A stretch of 64,000 bases of DNA from an uncultured Spirochaetia bacterium (GTDB taxonomy: Bacteria; Spirochaetota; Spirochaetia; Sphaerochaetales; Sphaerochaetaceae). A program made the position numbers and the translations under genes. The DNA is taken from NCBI GenBank assembly GCA_905236385.1, contig CAJOOY010000034.1, forward strand, positions 14,048 to 78,047. The letters run 5' to 3'. Shown one piece after another: positions 36,701-47,533 of the stretch; position 1 is the stretch's first letter; the number at the start of each line of letters is the position of its first letter. Under the pieces are notes generated by a model that worked only from the letters and a program-made list of their open reading frames with translations, searched no databases and was not told the DNA's origin.

Positions 36701-37648
36701 ATGACAGACAACGAGTTAAAAAGACAAATATTAATTGGTCTAATGACTGAACTAAGCCTTGATTTAAGAGCTTCTCTCATTAGAGAAGAAGTGCCGGTTC
36801 AAGAAGTATGTAATAAATACAAGATAGAGAGTGCGGACTTTATGACAGCGGATTCTGTTCTCTCTTGGCTAAACTGTTCAAAGAGCAGTGGAATCTGGTG
36901 GTATGGAGAAAAAGGCTTTCCACCAGTGAATGAACTGGAAAGGCGTTTTCCTTCCATGGTTTTCTACGAAGGTAAGAAACCTGATTCTCTAGATACAAGG
37001 GTTACAATAGTTGGAAGTAGGCACTGTGATTATCTGGGAATTCAAAAATCTTTCATGTTGGGTTTGGAAGCTTCAATTAATGGACTGACCGTAGTTACAG
37101 GGGTGGCTGAGGGGTGTGACCAGGCCTCCTGTGTTGGGGCTTTGTCAGCGTTTAATATGGAAGAAACGCTGTATGCACCACCTGTATTGGTACTTCCCAA
37201 CGGGTTTGATATTGAGTATCCAAAGGGGAGTGCTTATTTAAGGAACAGGACCTTAGAGCGGGGCGGCAGTGTTCTTTCGTGTTTTGTGCCCGGTACGCCT
37301 GCGCTTAAGCATAATTTTGTATATAGAAATATGATTTTGGCGGCCATGAGTGATATGACTTTGGTAATCCAGTCGCCTTCTCATTCTGGGGCACTGATGA
37401 CTGCCGATTTTGCTTTGAGAATTGGTAGAGATGTGTGCGTAAGCGTGGGTGGTGTTGGAGAAGCTCCGTGCAGAAAGGGCACATGTACTCTAGCGAGAGA
37501 TGGGGCTACTGTTATAAACAGCTATTCAGACTATGCAGAGAACGGAATAGATAGTGTGTATGTAATTAGACAGGTAGATTATGAAGAAAAACATGAAGTC
37601 AGGTTTGGTGATAGGTACTACAGAGTTGAACGTAAGGTTTCAAATTAA
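36701..37648 (+). CDS. dprA: DNA-processing protein DprA (Smf)
   Basis: AAGGAG RBS 8 nt upstream of ATG 36701. IVGSRHCDYLG, TGVAEGCDQA and SGALMTADFALRIGRDV match the DprA Rossmann-fold motifs, with some divergence. Confidence 0.75.
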   Translation: MTDNELKRQILIGLMTELSLDLRASLIREEVPVQEVCNKYKIESADFMTADSVLSWLNCSKSSGIWWYGEKGFPPVNELERRFPSMVFYEGKKPDSLDTRVTIVGSRHCDYLGIQKSFMLGLEASINGLTVVTGVAEGCDQASCVGALSAFNMEETLYAPPVLVLPNGFDIEYPKGSAYLRNRTLERGGSVLSCFVPGTPALKHNFVYRNMILAAMSDMTLVIQSPSHSGALMTADFALRIGRDVCVSVGGVGEAPCRKGTCTLARDGATVINSYSDYAENGIDSVYVIRQVDYEEKHEVRFGDRYYRVERKVSN

Positions 37649-37673
37649 ATGTAAATAGTGCTAATATGGGAGT

Positions 37674-38585
37674 ATGGATTCAAACAAAGATCTTATAGAT
37701 AAATACCTGGAATACCTTTTGAAAGTCAGGTCCTTTTCTCCAAAAACAGTTACTTCCTACGCTCATGATTTAAAGATTCTTGAGGAATTCCTGGAGAAGA
37801 GAAAAATGAGCTTGTCAGATATGGTGTTTGAGGACGCTAGAGAGTTTTTTCTTATGCTTTACGACTTAGGTTATAAAAGTGCCTCTATAAACAGAATTAT
37901 ATCTGGCTGCAGAAGTTTTTATCATTATCTTTGTGCCAATTCCTATACCTCAGTTCAACCCTTTTCTAGAATAGCTCAAGCTAAACAAGGAAGGCGCATT
38001 CCGTCTGTTCTTTCTGAAAATGAACTGGATAAACTATTAAATTATGAATACACAGACTATTCAAGCCTCATGGAAGTGACCATGTTTAATCTCTTCTATT
38101 GTACAGGGTGCAGACTCCAGGAACTGTTAAGCATGAAGATCTCTGATCTGGAGCTGAAAGAGCACAGGGCAAGGGTTATGGGAAAGGGCTCTAAACAAAG
38201 ATATGTGTTCTTTACAGAGCGGGCTGAAAGGCTTCTTGGAGAATACTTGCCACAGAGAAGTATAGTTTTAGATTCACTGAGAAAAGAGGATGACGGAACT
38301 CTTTTGATTAATAAAAAAGGGAATAAGTTGCCGAATTCGAGTGTTCACGCTATTTTTGATAAATATAGGGATGAACTTGGGCTTACGAAGAAGTTCACAC
38401 CCCACGTATTTAGGCACACTTTTGCAACAAGATTGTTGGATAAGGATACTGATATACGAATAGTACAGGCCTTGCTTGGGCATGAGAATATTGGGACCAC
38501 CCAGATATACACGCATGTGTCAGGAGCAAGACTGGAGGCTGTGTACAAAAAGACACATCCTCATGCCAGGAGGAAAGACGAATGA
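37674..38585 (+). CDS. xerC: Tyrosine recombinase XerC (CodV-like position upstream of hslVU)
   Basis: TGCRLQE, HVFRHTFATRLL, LGHENIGTTQIYTHV. N-terminal SAM-like core-binding domain. Conserved xerC-hslV-hslU order. Confidence 0.85.
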   Translation: MDSNKDLIDKYLEYLLKVRSFSPKTVTSYAHDLKILEEFLEKRKMSLSDMVFEDAREFFLMLYDLGYKSASINRIISGCRSFYHYLCANSYTSVQPFSRIAQAKQGRRIPSVLSENELDKLLNYEYTDYSSLMEVTMFNLFYCTGCRLQELLSMKISDLELKEHRARVMGKGSKQRYVFFTERAERLLGEYLPQRSIVLDSLRKEDDGTLLINKKGNKLPNSSVHAIFDKYRDELGLTKKFTPHVFRHTFATRLLDKDTDIRIVQALLGHENIGTTQIYTHVSGARLEAVYKKTHPHARRKDE

Positions 38586-39115
38586 GTTTTAGAGGAACAA
38601 CAATTGTGGCTGTTAAAAAGAATGGTCACGTGGCTATAGCTGGTGACGGTCAGGTCACTAATGGCGATACTATAATGAAAGGAAATGCCAAGAAGGTCAG
38701 AAGAATCTTCAATGATAAGATTATTGTCGGTTTTGCCGGTAGTACTGCAGATGCATTTACTCTCTATGATCTATTTGAAAAGAAGCTTTCTGAGCTCAAT
38801 GGAGATATAACTAGAGCTTCAGTAAAATTAGCTCAGGAGTGGCGCATGGACAGGGCTTTGAGAAAACTTGAAGCCATGATTCTGGCTACCGACGGAAACA
38901 AGATTTTCCTTATCTCCGGTGTTGGAGATGTACTGGAGCCTGAGTATGACGCAATTGCTATTGGTAGCGGTGGAAACTACGCTCTCTCCGCAGCACGAGC
39001 TTATCTGGATTCAGGAGCAGATCTTTCAGCTAAAGAGATAGCCCTTAAGTCTATGGCCATAGCCAGCTCAATCTGTATTTATACAGACTCAACATTTACC
39101 GTGGAGGAGATTTGA
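38582..39115 (+). CDS. hslV: ATP-dependent protease subunit HslV
   Basis: MSFRG-TTIVAV N-terminal Thr nucleophile context, plus GDGQVT and GSGGNYA motifs. Confidence 0.95.
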   Translation: MSFRGTTIVAVKKNGHVAIAGDGQVTNGDTIMKGNAKKVRRIFNDKIIVGFAGSTADAFTLYDLFEKKLSELNGDITRASVKLAQEWRMDRALRKLEAMILATDGNKIFLISGVGDVLEPEYDAIAIGSGGNYALSAARAYLDSGADLSAKEIALKSMAIASSICIYTDSTFTVEEI

Positions 39116-39116
39116 C

Positions 39117-40508
39117 ATGGAAGAAAAAAGTCTTCAGGCAGTAGCAGAAAAGAAATATAATCTGGACGAGATGGTCCCGTCTCAGATTGTTTCTGAGCTT
39201 GATAAATATATAATCGGTCAGAAAAGGGCCAAGAGAACCATTGCAGTTGCTCTTAGAAACAGAACGAGAAGGAAAAGACTCCCTGACGAAATCAGAGAGG
39301 AAGTTTTTCCTAAAAACATAATTATGATTGGACCTACAGGAGTAGGTAAGACAGAGATTGCTAGAAGAATAGCTAAACTTTCAAACGCTCCTTTTATTAA
39401 AATTGAAGCTACCAAATTCACTGAAGTTGGATACGTGGGCCGAGATGTTGAATCTATGATTAAGGATCTTATGGCCAGTGCAGTTCTCATGGTGAAGAAA
39501 GAGATGGCTGAAAAGAATGAGGAAGCTGTTAAGGCTAAGGTTGATGAAAGATTGGTGGACCTGCTTATTCCGAACTTAAATTCAAATCCCAATGCTGATC
39601 AGGGTTTTGAAGAGAACAGAATAAAGGTTAGGGAACTGACACTTGAGAAGCTTAGAAAAGGCGAGTTTGAAAACACTGAAGTTGAAGTTGTTTACAACAG
39701 GACTCCAAAGAGCTTTGAGATAGGTGTAATGGGTGGATCTCCTGATGATATTCAGAACGCCATGAACAACATAACTGATCTTTTCCGAAGCGCTCAGAAC
39801 AGGGGTAAGAAGCATAAGATAACTATCAAACGTGCTCGTGAGATGTTCATGGAAGAAGAATTAGACAGGTCTGTTGACCAGGATAAGGTAGTAGATCTGG
39901 CTAAGGAAAGAACAGAGCAGATGGGAATAGTCTTTATAGATGAGATAGACAAGATAGCTAGCTCAAGTGGAAGCTCTAACAGCCCAGATGTTTCTAGAGA
40001 AGGAGTTCAGAGAGATATTCTTCCTATAGTTGAAGGAACTAAGGTTTCAACAAAATGGGGAGTAATAGATACCTCACACATTCTCTTTATTGCCGCAGGC
40101 GCCTTCCATGTAAGTAAGCCTAGTGATCTTATACCGGAACTACAGGGTAGATTCCCACTGAGAGTTGAGCTGGATGATCTAAAGGCTGAAGATTTCTTCA
40201 GAATTCTTAAAGAGCCCGAGAATGCAATTACTCTACAGTACAGAGAACTGCTTGGAACAGAAGGAGTAGAGGTTGAATTTACAGATGATGCAGTTAGAAG
40301 AATAAGTGAGATTGCCTACGAAGTAAACTCAACTTCTGAGAATATTGGAGCTAGAAGACTTTATACAATCATGGAACTCCTTCTAGAGGAGCTAAGTTTC
40401 AGTGCAAACGAGCTTAGTGGCCAGAAAGTTGTGATTACTCCTGATTATGTAAATGAAAGACTCTCAGATGTTGTAAAGAATCAGGACCTCTCTAGATACA
40501 TATTGTAA
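39117..40508 (+). CDS. hslU: ATP-dependent protease ATPase subunit HslU
   Basis: GPTGVGKTEIARR Walker A, VFIDEIDK Walker B, inserted I-domain, IGARRL sensor. Confidence 0.97.
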   Translation: MEEKSLQAVAEKKYNLDEMVPSQIVSELDKYIIGQKRAKRTIAVALRNRTRRKRLPDEIREEVFPKNIIMIGPTGVGKTEIARRIAKLSNAPFIKIEATKFTEVGYVGRDVESMIKDLMASAVLMVKKEMAEKNEEAVKAKVDERLVDLLIPNLNSNPNADQGFEENRIKVRELTLEKLRKGEFENTEVEVVYNRTPKSFEIGVMGGSPDDIQNAMNNITDLFRSAQNRGKKHKITIKRAREMFMEEELDRSVDQDKVVDLAKERTEQMGIVFIDEIDKIASSSGSSNSPDVSREGVQRDILPIVEGTKVSTKWGVIDTSHILFIAAGAFHVSKPSDLIPELQGRFPLRVELDDLKAEDFFRILKEPENAITLQYRELLGTEGVEVEFTDDAVRRISEIAYEVNSTSENIGARRLYTIMELLLEELSFSANELSGQKVVITPDYVNERLSDVVKNQDLSRYIL

Positions 40509-40531
40509 TTTCAGCTATAATTTTCACAATT

Positions 40532-41674
40532 ATGAACTATATTACAATTCAAGCTAAAACATACGAGGAAGCTCTCAAAAAAGCCCGTCACCAGTACGGT
40601 GACAGGCTGAGAATCCTCAGCAGAAAAGATATAAGTAAACCTGGGTTTATGGGTCTTGGGCATGTGGACAGCTGTGAGATAACATGCTTTCTGACAGGTG
40701 AAGAAGAAAAACCCGTTGAAACTATTGTCCCAGAAGAGAAAGAAGACGCAACTCTCATTAAGCGTTTTGAGAACGAAGCAAGAACACCGAATCCTGATGC
40801 TGTAAATTTTACTTTGTCAAATGAAATAGAAGAAACAGAGGAAGAATTTGATAATTCTGAAGCTATTTCTGTAATTGAAGAGTTACTTTCAGATACTAGT
40901 TCTGTTCTTAGTGAGAATGATTTTACTCCATATTACATAAAGTTTCTCATGGATAAGGTTCGTCAACAGGCCATGCGTGCTCTGCCAGATGTGCCATCAA
41001 AATCAGATATTGAGACAGCAGTACTTGATCAGATAGCTGGAACTCTTAAAACCAGCAAGGAAACAGTCACTTCTCCTATTAGTGTCTTTGTTGGTCCTGA
41101 GGGAAGCGGGAAGAGCACAACTCTTGGAAAAATAGCTCTCACTCTTTCAAAGAATCCAGAAACGAAGGTTGGAGTAATCTCACTACATAAAGAAGGCTCT
41201 TCTGCAGATATTCTTTCAAGGATTTGCCAGGCTGGAAACATACCTCTCTTAGAGGCTACTGATTCTTCTTCTCTTGGAGCGGCTCTTAGCAGTTTCTCCT
41301 CCATGAATCACATTTTGATAGACACTGAAGGCCAGAAGTTAACTCAGAGTAGTTCTGATAAGGCCATGGTAAATGCTCTTAAAGGTTGTTCTAAGGACCT
41401 GCGTTATGTTCTAGTTCTTTCAGCTACCATGAAATACTCAGATATGGATGCTGCATCTGTGCTTTTCTATCCGTTTGATATTTCTTCTATGGCAGTTACC
41501 GGAGTGGACAAAACTCTGACTATAGGAAACGTGGTTTCATTCAGTTATGAGAAGAAAATCCCTATGGAGTTCATTTCAAATGGAAAGGCTATTCCTAGAG
41601 ATTTGAAAACTGTAACGGTTTCAGACGTTATAAATAGAATAAAAGGCTTTACTAGTGCGGTTTTTTCGCGTTAA
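40532..41674 (+). CDS. FlhF-like SRP-family GTPase homologue with degenerate G2-G4 motifs
   Basis: FlhF-type N-terminus (ITIQAKTYEEALKKARHQYG). P-loop GPEGSGKST. DTEGQ in place of DTAGR and TGVDK in place of TKLDE. No DTYR motif. Confidence 0.65.
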   Translation: MNYITIQAKTYEEALKKARHQYGDRLRILSRKDISKPGFMGLGHVDSCEITCFLTGEEEKPVETIVPEEKEDATLIKRFENEARTPNPDAVNFTLSNEIEETEEEFDNSEAISVIEELLSDTSSVLSENDFTPYYIKFLMDKVRQQAMRALPDVPSKSDIETAVLDQIAGTLKTSKETVTSPISVFVGPEGSGKSTTLGKIALTLSKNPETKVGVISLHKEGSSADILSRICQAGNIPLLEATDSSSLGAALSSFSSMNHILIDTEGQKLTQSSSDKAMVNALKGCSKDLRYVLVLSATMKYSDMDAASVLFYPFDISSMAVTGVDKTLTIGNVVSFSYEKKIPMEFISNGKAIPRDLKTVTVSDVINRIKGFTSAVFSR

Positions 41675-41699
41675 TATTGTCTAGTCTTTTTGATGAATA

Positions 41700-41729
41700 T
41701 TGACAGCAAAAACGCTAACTCAATATATT
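41700..41729 (+). promoter_or_regulatory. Candidate sigma-70 promoter for gap-pgk-tpiA-secG
   Basis: TTGACA (41700-41705), 18-nt spacer, TATATT (41724-41729). GGAGG RBS lies upstream of gap. Confidence 0.45.
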
Positions 41730-41746
41730 ATTATCGGAAATTTTAA

Positions 41747-42778
<1,032 letters not shown>

Positions 42779-42794
42779 TAATAGAACCAATTTA

Positions 42795-42817
42795 AAGGCC
42801 TGCCTTGTGCAGGCCTT
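42795..42817 (+). terminator. Hairpin between gap and pgk (partial terminator or processing site)
   Basis: Perfect 9-bp stem AAGGCCTGC/GCAGGCCTT with a 5-nt loop. The downstream U-tract is poor (ATCTTTCATTT). Confidence 0.35.
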
Positions 42818-42840
42818 ATCTTTCATTTACGAGGTAAATT

Positions 42841-44022
42841 ATGAAACTTAATACAGTAAGAGAAGCTGATCTAACTGGGAAAAGAGTTCTTATCCGTGTT
42901 GATTTCAACGTTCCATTGAAAGAAGGTGTTGTAAAGGATGACACAAGAATCAGAGCTGCTCTCCCAACACTTAACTATATTCTTGAGCAGAAGGGAACTT
43001 CTGTTGTTGTTATGAGCCACTTTGGAAGACCAAAGGGACAGAAGAATCCTGATTTCTCCATGGTTCCAGTTGGAAAGAAGTTTGAAGAGCTCCTTGGAAG
43101 ACCTGTAAAGGTAGCTCCAGATGTAATTGGAGAAGAGGTAAAGAAGGAGGTTGAAAGCCTTAAGGCTGGAGAAGTTCTTCTTCTTGAAAACGTTAGATTC
43201 TATCCAGATGAAGAAAAGAACAATCCTGAGTTTGCAAAAGAGCTTGCTTCTTATGGAGATATCTATGTAAACGACGCTTTCGGAACAGCTCACAGAGCTC
43301 ACGCATCCACAGAAGGTGTTGCTCACTATCTTCCAAGCTATGCTGGTTTCCTAATTGAGAAAGAAGTTCATTTCATGGCTCCTCTTCTTGAGAATCCGGA
43401 TAAACCTTTTGTTGCAATTATTGGTGGTGCAAAGGTTTCTTCAAAGATTACTGTTCTTGAGTCTCTTGTTAAGACCTGTAACACAATCGTAATCGGTGGT
43501 GGTATGGCTTACACATTCCTCAAGGTTCAGGGTCACGAAGTAGGTAAGTCTCTTGTTGAAGATGATTTTGCAGATACTGCAAAGGCTTTCCTCAAGGCTG
43601 CTAAGGATAAGAACGTTAAGGTTATTCTTCCTGTAGACCATGTCTGTGCTTCTGAGTTTGATGAGAACGCAAAGCCGGTTGCAGTTGATGGAATTGATAT
43701 TCCAGCAGAACTGATGGGTATGGATATTGGACCAAAGACAACAGCATCTATTGTTGAAGAGCTTAAAAGTGCTAAGTCTGTTGTATGGAACGGACCAATG
43801 GGCGTATTTGAGTTTGCTCAGTTTGCTAAGGGAACTGAAGATGTAGCTAAGGCTCTTGCAGAATCTAAGGCTACAACAGTTGTTGGTGGCGGAGACTCTG
43901 TTGCTGCAATTAACAAGTTCGGTCTTGCATCTAAGATCAGTCACGTTTCTACAGGTGGTGGTGCTTCTCTTGAGTTCCTTGAAGGTAAGGTTCTGCCGGG
44001 AATTAAGGCTTTGGAGAAGTAA
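42841..44022 (+). CDS. pgk: Phosphoglycerate kinase
   Basis: [15 protein letters not shown] and GGGDS motifs. 393 aa. Confidence 0.98.
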   Translation: MKLNTVREADLTGKRVLIRVDFNVPLKEGVVKDDTRIRAALPTLNYILEQKGTSVVVMSHFGRPKGQKNPDFSMVPVGKKFEELLGRPVKVAPDVIGEEVKKEVESLKAGEVLLLENVRFYPDEEKNNPEFAKELASYGDIYVNDAFGTAHRAHASTEGVAHYLPSYAGFLIEKEVHFMAPLLENPDKPFVAIIGGAKVSSKITVLESLVKTCNTIVIGGGMAYTFLKVQGHEVGKSLVEDDFADTAKAFLKAAKDKNVKVILPVDHVCASEFDENAKPVAVDGIDIPAELMGMDIGPKTTASIVEELKSAKSVVWNGPMGVFEFAQFAKGTEDVAKALAESKATTVVGGGDSVAAINKFGLASKISHVSTGGGASLEFLEGKVLPGIKALEK

Positions 44023-44023
44023 G

Positions 44024-44776
44024 ATGAGAAAGTTGTATATTGCAGGTAACTGGAAGATGAATCTTGTGCCAAGTGAGGCAGCTAAGTATGCTGCTTCTTT
44101 GGCTAAGGCTGCAAAGGACCCAAATGTTAAGGTAATGATTGCTCCTACATTTGTATGTCTTCCTGCAGTAGTTGAAGCAGTTAAGGGAAGTAATATTATT
44201 GTTGCTGCTCAGAACGTTAATGATCATGAGAGCGGAGCTTACACAGGTGAGATTTCTTGTAAGATGCTTAAGGATATTGGAGTAAACACAGTTATCCTTG
44301 GTCATAGTGAGAGAAGACAGTACTACGGAGAGACAGATGAGTTTATCAATAAGAAGGTTCTCTTTGCTCTTGAAAATGGCATGGATGTAGACCTCTGCAT
44401 AGGTGAGACCCTTGATGAACGTGAGGGTGGTAAGCTTGAAGAAGTTCTTACCAGACAGATTGAAGTCGGTTTGAACGGAGTATCAGAAGAGCAGATGTCT
44501 AAGGTTACTATTGCTTATGAACCAGTCTGGGCTATTGGAACCGGAAAGACTGCTACTCCTGAAGATGCTAACAACGCTCATGCTTTTATTAGAACTCTTA
44601 TTGAGCATAAGTTTGGTTCAGCTGTTGCAGAAAAAACAATTATACAGTATGGTGGTTCGGTAAAGCCTTCTAATGTAAAGGATCTTATGTCCAGAGAACA
44701 TATAGATGGTGCGCTTGTAGGTGGAGCTTCTTTGACACTCGAGCAGTTTCTCCCTATAATAAACTGTAATAATTGA
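44024..44776 (+). CDS. tpiA: Triosephosphate isomerase
   Basis: True start is MRKLYIAGNWKMN, 1 nt after the pgk stop. The listed 43856 ORF is a 5' over-extension. AYEPVWAIGTG motif. Confidence 0.97.
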   Translation: MRKLYIAGNWKMNLVPSEAAKYAASLAKAAKDPNVKVMIAPTFVCLPAVVEAVKGSNIIVAAQNVNDHESGAYTGEISCKMLKDIGVNTVILGHSERRQYYGETDEFINKKVLFALENGMDVDLCIGETLDEREGGKLEEVLTRQIEVGLNGVSEEQMSKVTIAYEPVWAIGTGKTATPEDANNAHAFIRTLIEHKFGSAVAEKTIIQYGGSVKPSNVKDLMSREHIDGALVGGASLTLEQFLPIINCNN

Positions 44777-44791
44777 TAAGTAGGTTTTGAA

Positions 44792-45094
44792 ATGGCAGCA
44801 TTAAGCATCATTCTTCTTATTTTATTTGTACTTGTAAGTCTTCTTCTGATTTTTGTTGTTGCAATTCAGAGTGAAGATGATTCCGGTCTTGGTGGAGTTT
44901 TCGGTGGAAACAGTAATACTGTTTTCGGTGGAAATACAAACAAGGTTATTAACAAGATTACAACTTATCTTGTTATTGCCTTCTTTGTTCTTGCAGTTCT
45001 TGTTGCATTTATCAACAAGTCTTCTGAAGATTCTATTCTTAAGACTGCACAGACAACAGCTACAGCTACTGCTACAGCAGAAGCGGGTAACTGA
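44792..45094 (+). CDS. secG: Preprotein translocase subunit SecG
   Basis: Two TM helices around a Gly-rich loop (GLGGVFGG). Conserved tpiA-secG linkage. Confidence 0.85.
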   Translation: MAALSIILLILFVLVSLLLIFVVAIQSEDDSGLGGVFGGNSNTVFGGNTNKVINKITTYLVIAFFVLAVLVAFINKSSEDSILKTAQTTATATATAEAGN

Positions 45095-45116
45095 TTGTAA
45101 AGTATAGTTATTTTAA

Positions 45117-45150
45117 GGCCGCCTGTATGAGCGGCCTTATTGTCTATTTT
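45117..45150 (+). terminator. Rho-independent terminator after secG
   Basis: GGCCGC-ctgtatga-GCGGCC stem followed by TTATTGTCTATTTT. Confidence 0.65.
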
Positions 45151-45167
45151 AACGGAGAAAAAAAGAA

Positions 45168-46328
45168 ATGAATAAAAAAGTATTATCACTGGTTCTTATT
45201 TTCCTTGTTCTTTTCTCTTTCTCTACCTTTGCTTCAGGAAATAAGGAAAAGGCAGACAAAGAGAGTATTGAAGTTGTAGATACAGTAGTTGAATCTGCTG
45301 CTACTGTTGAGACTGTTGCAGAAGCAACAGAAAAAGTTATTGCAAAGATTGAAGTTGGAACTCGAACTCAAGAGATTACTAACTTTGATGTAAATGATAC
45401 TATTGCTTCCTATAAGGAGAGCGGAGTAGTGATTACAGAGGAACAGGCTCTTTCTATTCTTACTAACAATGCTCTTATTAACCTTACTCTTGAAAATCAG
45501 GGTTATGAAGTAACAGATCAGATTGCTACATACCTTGTTGTAAGCTACCTTGAAAGTGCCCTTGGAATTACTATTGAGACACAGGAACAGCTTGACCGCA
45601 TTATTTCTACATACCAGATAGATGTAAATGCAATTGTTAGCAACCTTGCTGGTACTTATTTCTTAAATGTTTATTTGAACGAGAATTATTCAGATATCCT
45701 TAATCAGGAAATTAAAGTAACTGAAGAAGAAATCAACAATACTTATGAGATGAATAAAGATATTTTTACAAACTCTCAGAAGGTTAAGATTGCTCATATC
45801 TTCTTTAGTTTTGATGAAAATAAAACTGAAGAAGAAGTTAAGGCTAATGCCAATTCAGTATACGCAAAGATTAAAGATGGTTCTCTTACTTTTGAGCAGG
45901 CTGTATCTGATTATTCAGATGATGCTGAAACAAAGACAAACGCAGGAATACTCGGTTGGGTAAACAACACTGAAACTGATTTTGAGGTAGAGGTGGCTTC
46001 CCTTACTGGAAATCTTAATCTTGTTTCTTCCTCTTATCATAAGCAGCTTTTTACTGAAGATACCTACAACAAGATTATTGCCCTTAAGGCTGGTCAGATT
46101 ACTGAGCCTCTCAAGAGCAGTTCAGGTTATCATATCTTCAAGGCTCTTGTAAGAAATGAAGAGAAGACTCTGGCTCTTAGAGATAACGTTTATCCAGAAG
46201 TCTCTCTTACAGTTTACGATTATGTAGAGTACAGAGTTGGATCAGAACTTAGTTCTGCTTATTATAATCAGGCTCTTGCACAGATGCTTACAGATGTAAG
46301 CGCAAGTGCTGTTATTACAACATATTGA
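45168..46328 (+). CDS. Periplasmic parvulin-type peptidyl-prolyl isomerase (SurA/PrsA-like chaperone)
   Basis: Signal peptide ending TFA. C-terminal PpiC domain (KIAHIFF, GILGWV, SSGYHIFKA). Confidence 0.8.
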   Translation: MNKKVLSLVLIFLVLFSFSTFASGNKEKADKESIEVVDTVVESAATVETVAEATEKVIAKIEVGTRTQEITNFDVNDTIASYKESGVVITEEQALSILTNNALINLTLENQGYEVTDQIATYLVVSYLESALGITIETQEQLDRIISTYQIDVNAIVSNLAGTYFLNVYLNENYSDILNQEIKVTEEEINNTYEMNKDIFTNSQKVKIAHIFFSFDENKTEEEVKANANSVYAKIKDGSLTFEQAVSDYSDDAETKTNAGILGWVNNTETDFEVEVASLTGNLNLVSSSYHKQLFTEDTYNKIIALKAGQITEPLKSSSGYHIFKALVRNEEKTLALRDNVYPEVSLTVYDYVEYRVGSELSSAYYNQALAQMLTDVSASAVITTY

Positions 46329-46329
46329 T

Positions 46330-46773
46330 ATGAAATCAAGACATTTGGCCAGATCTCTGGCAGTACAGACACTGTATGCTCTTGATATTAATGGGAAAAT
46401 CCATGAGACGGAAGTTCCGTATTCATGCGGTTTTCCCGGCCTTTCAGAAAAGGAGCAGGAAGAACTTGAATCAGATGTAGTTCTTTATGCTCTTTTTCTT
46501 ATAAATGGGACTCTTGAGCATATTGATGAAACGGATGAGATGATCAGCAGATTCTCTTCCAGACGCAGTATTGAAAATATAAGCATTGTAGATAGAAACA
46601 TACTCAGAATCAGTATTTTCTCACTTCTTTACTGCAAAGATGTACATACAAATATTGTAATTGATGAGGCTGTTAAGCTTTCTCAGGAATTCAGTACTGA
46701 GGTTAACTACAGATTCATTAACGGATTACTTGATACAGCTGTGAGGTATTTACATGATTCAGCTCAAAACTGA
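46330..46773 (+). CDS. nusB: Transcription antitermination factor NusB
   Basis: Start taken at MKSRHLARSLAVQTLYALD. Conserved C-terminal NGLLD. Confidence 0.88.
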   Translation: MKSRHLARSLAVQTLYALDINGKIHETEVPYSCGFPGLSEKEQEELESDVVLYALFLINGTLEHIDETDEMISRFSSRRSIENISIVDRNILRISIFSLLYCKDVHTNIVIDEAVKLSQEFSTEVNYRFINGLLDTAVRYLHDSAQN

Positions 46774-47518
46774 TGAGCAGATAGAAGGAATCAGACAGAG
46801 TTGTCATATGCTCTGCGAACTATTGGATTCTCTTGAAGATGGAAAGATCATCAAAGAGGGCATGAGCACTAAAGATATTGATACCTACTGTCATGACTGG
46901 ATTACTAAAAGGCATGCAGAACCCGCATGTCTTCATTATGAAGGCTTTCCTGCAGCAACATGTATCAGTGTTAATGATGAAATCATTCATGGAATTCCAA
47001 AGGCAAATAAGATAATTAAAGATGGGGATCTGGTCAGTGTAGATCTCTGCATAAATCTTAAGGGTTATATTTCTGACAGTGCCAGAACTTACATAGTCGG
47101 AGGTAAATCAACTGCTCAGGCAGAGAAGCTGGTTAAAGTTACAAGGGAATGCCTCTACAAGGGTATAGAAGCAGCCTCTCAGCCTCATGCCAGGGTTATG
47201 GATATAGGAGCTGCAGTATTTAAGCATGCAGATAAGAATGGTTTTGGAGTAGTTAGAGAGTACTGCGGTCATGGAGTTGGCTTTGATGTTCATGAGGATC
47301 CTGAGATACCTAACTATGTAAGCCACTCTCTTGGAAACCCGAGACTTAGAGAAGGTATGGTATTTGCTATTGAACCCATGATTACTATGGGTTCTAGAAA
47401 TATTATTGATATGCCTGATGGATGGACTGTAGTGACTGCAGATCATAAGATGGCAGCACATTTTGAACACACAGTAGCTATTACCCGAAATGGCTTAGAG
47501 ATTCTTACCCAGATTTGA
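46754..47518 (+). CDS. map: Type I methionine aminopeptidase
   Basis: IHGIP, VDL, HGVG, FAIEP and EHT metal-ligand motifs. 20-nt overlap with nusB. Confidence 0.95.
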   Translation: MIQLKTDEQIEGIRQSCHMLCELLDSLEDGKIIKEGMSTKDIDTYCHDWITKRHAEPACLHYEGFPAATCISVNDEIIHGIPKANKIIKDGDLVSVDLCINLKGYISDSARTYIVGGKSTAQAEKLVKVTRECLYKGIEAASQPHARVMDIGAAVFKHADKNGFGVVREYCGHGVGFDVHEDPEIPNYVSHSLGNPRLREGMVFAIEPMITMGSRNIIDMPDGWTVVTADHKMAAHFEHTVAITRNGLEILTQI

Positions 47519-47533
47519 TTATAGGAGAGGACC

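Noticed and set aside
35754-38585. Two tyrosine recombinase genes, considered as markers of a prophage or integrative element.
   Set aside because: They are flanked by ftsZ, dprA and hslVU, with no tRNA, att-like direct repeats, phage genes or compositional shift. Size (about 300 aa) and motifs fit XerC/XerD.
42871-43944. Long antisense ORFs inside pgk (42871-43326 and 43441-43944, minus strand). Similar embedded ORFs occur in uvrA, secA (for example 50287-50673), ftsZ, hslU and others.
   Set aside because: Each lies wholly inside a gene with unmistakable family motifs on the other strand or frame. The genome's CTT/AAG, GAT/ATC and GCT/AGC codon preferences keep antisense frames free of stops. 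None has an RBS or a recognisable motif.
43856-44023. 5' over-extensions in the ORF track. Examples: tpiA from 43856, xer from 35667, secA to 50955, the PBP-like gene to 20160, folD from 24628, nusB from 46306, deoD from 7203, phoH from 15521.
   Set aside because: The extensions overlap the upstream gene or run through promoter or terminator DNA, and they add non-homologous residues. Internal ATGs with RBS or stop-start coupling give canonical N-termini (for example MRKLYIAGNWKMN for TPI).
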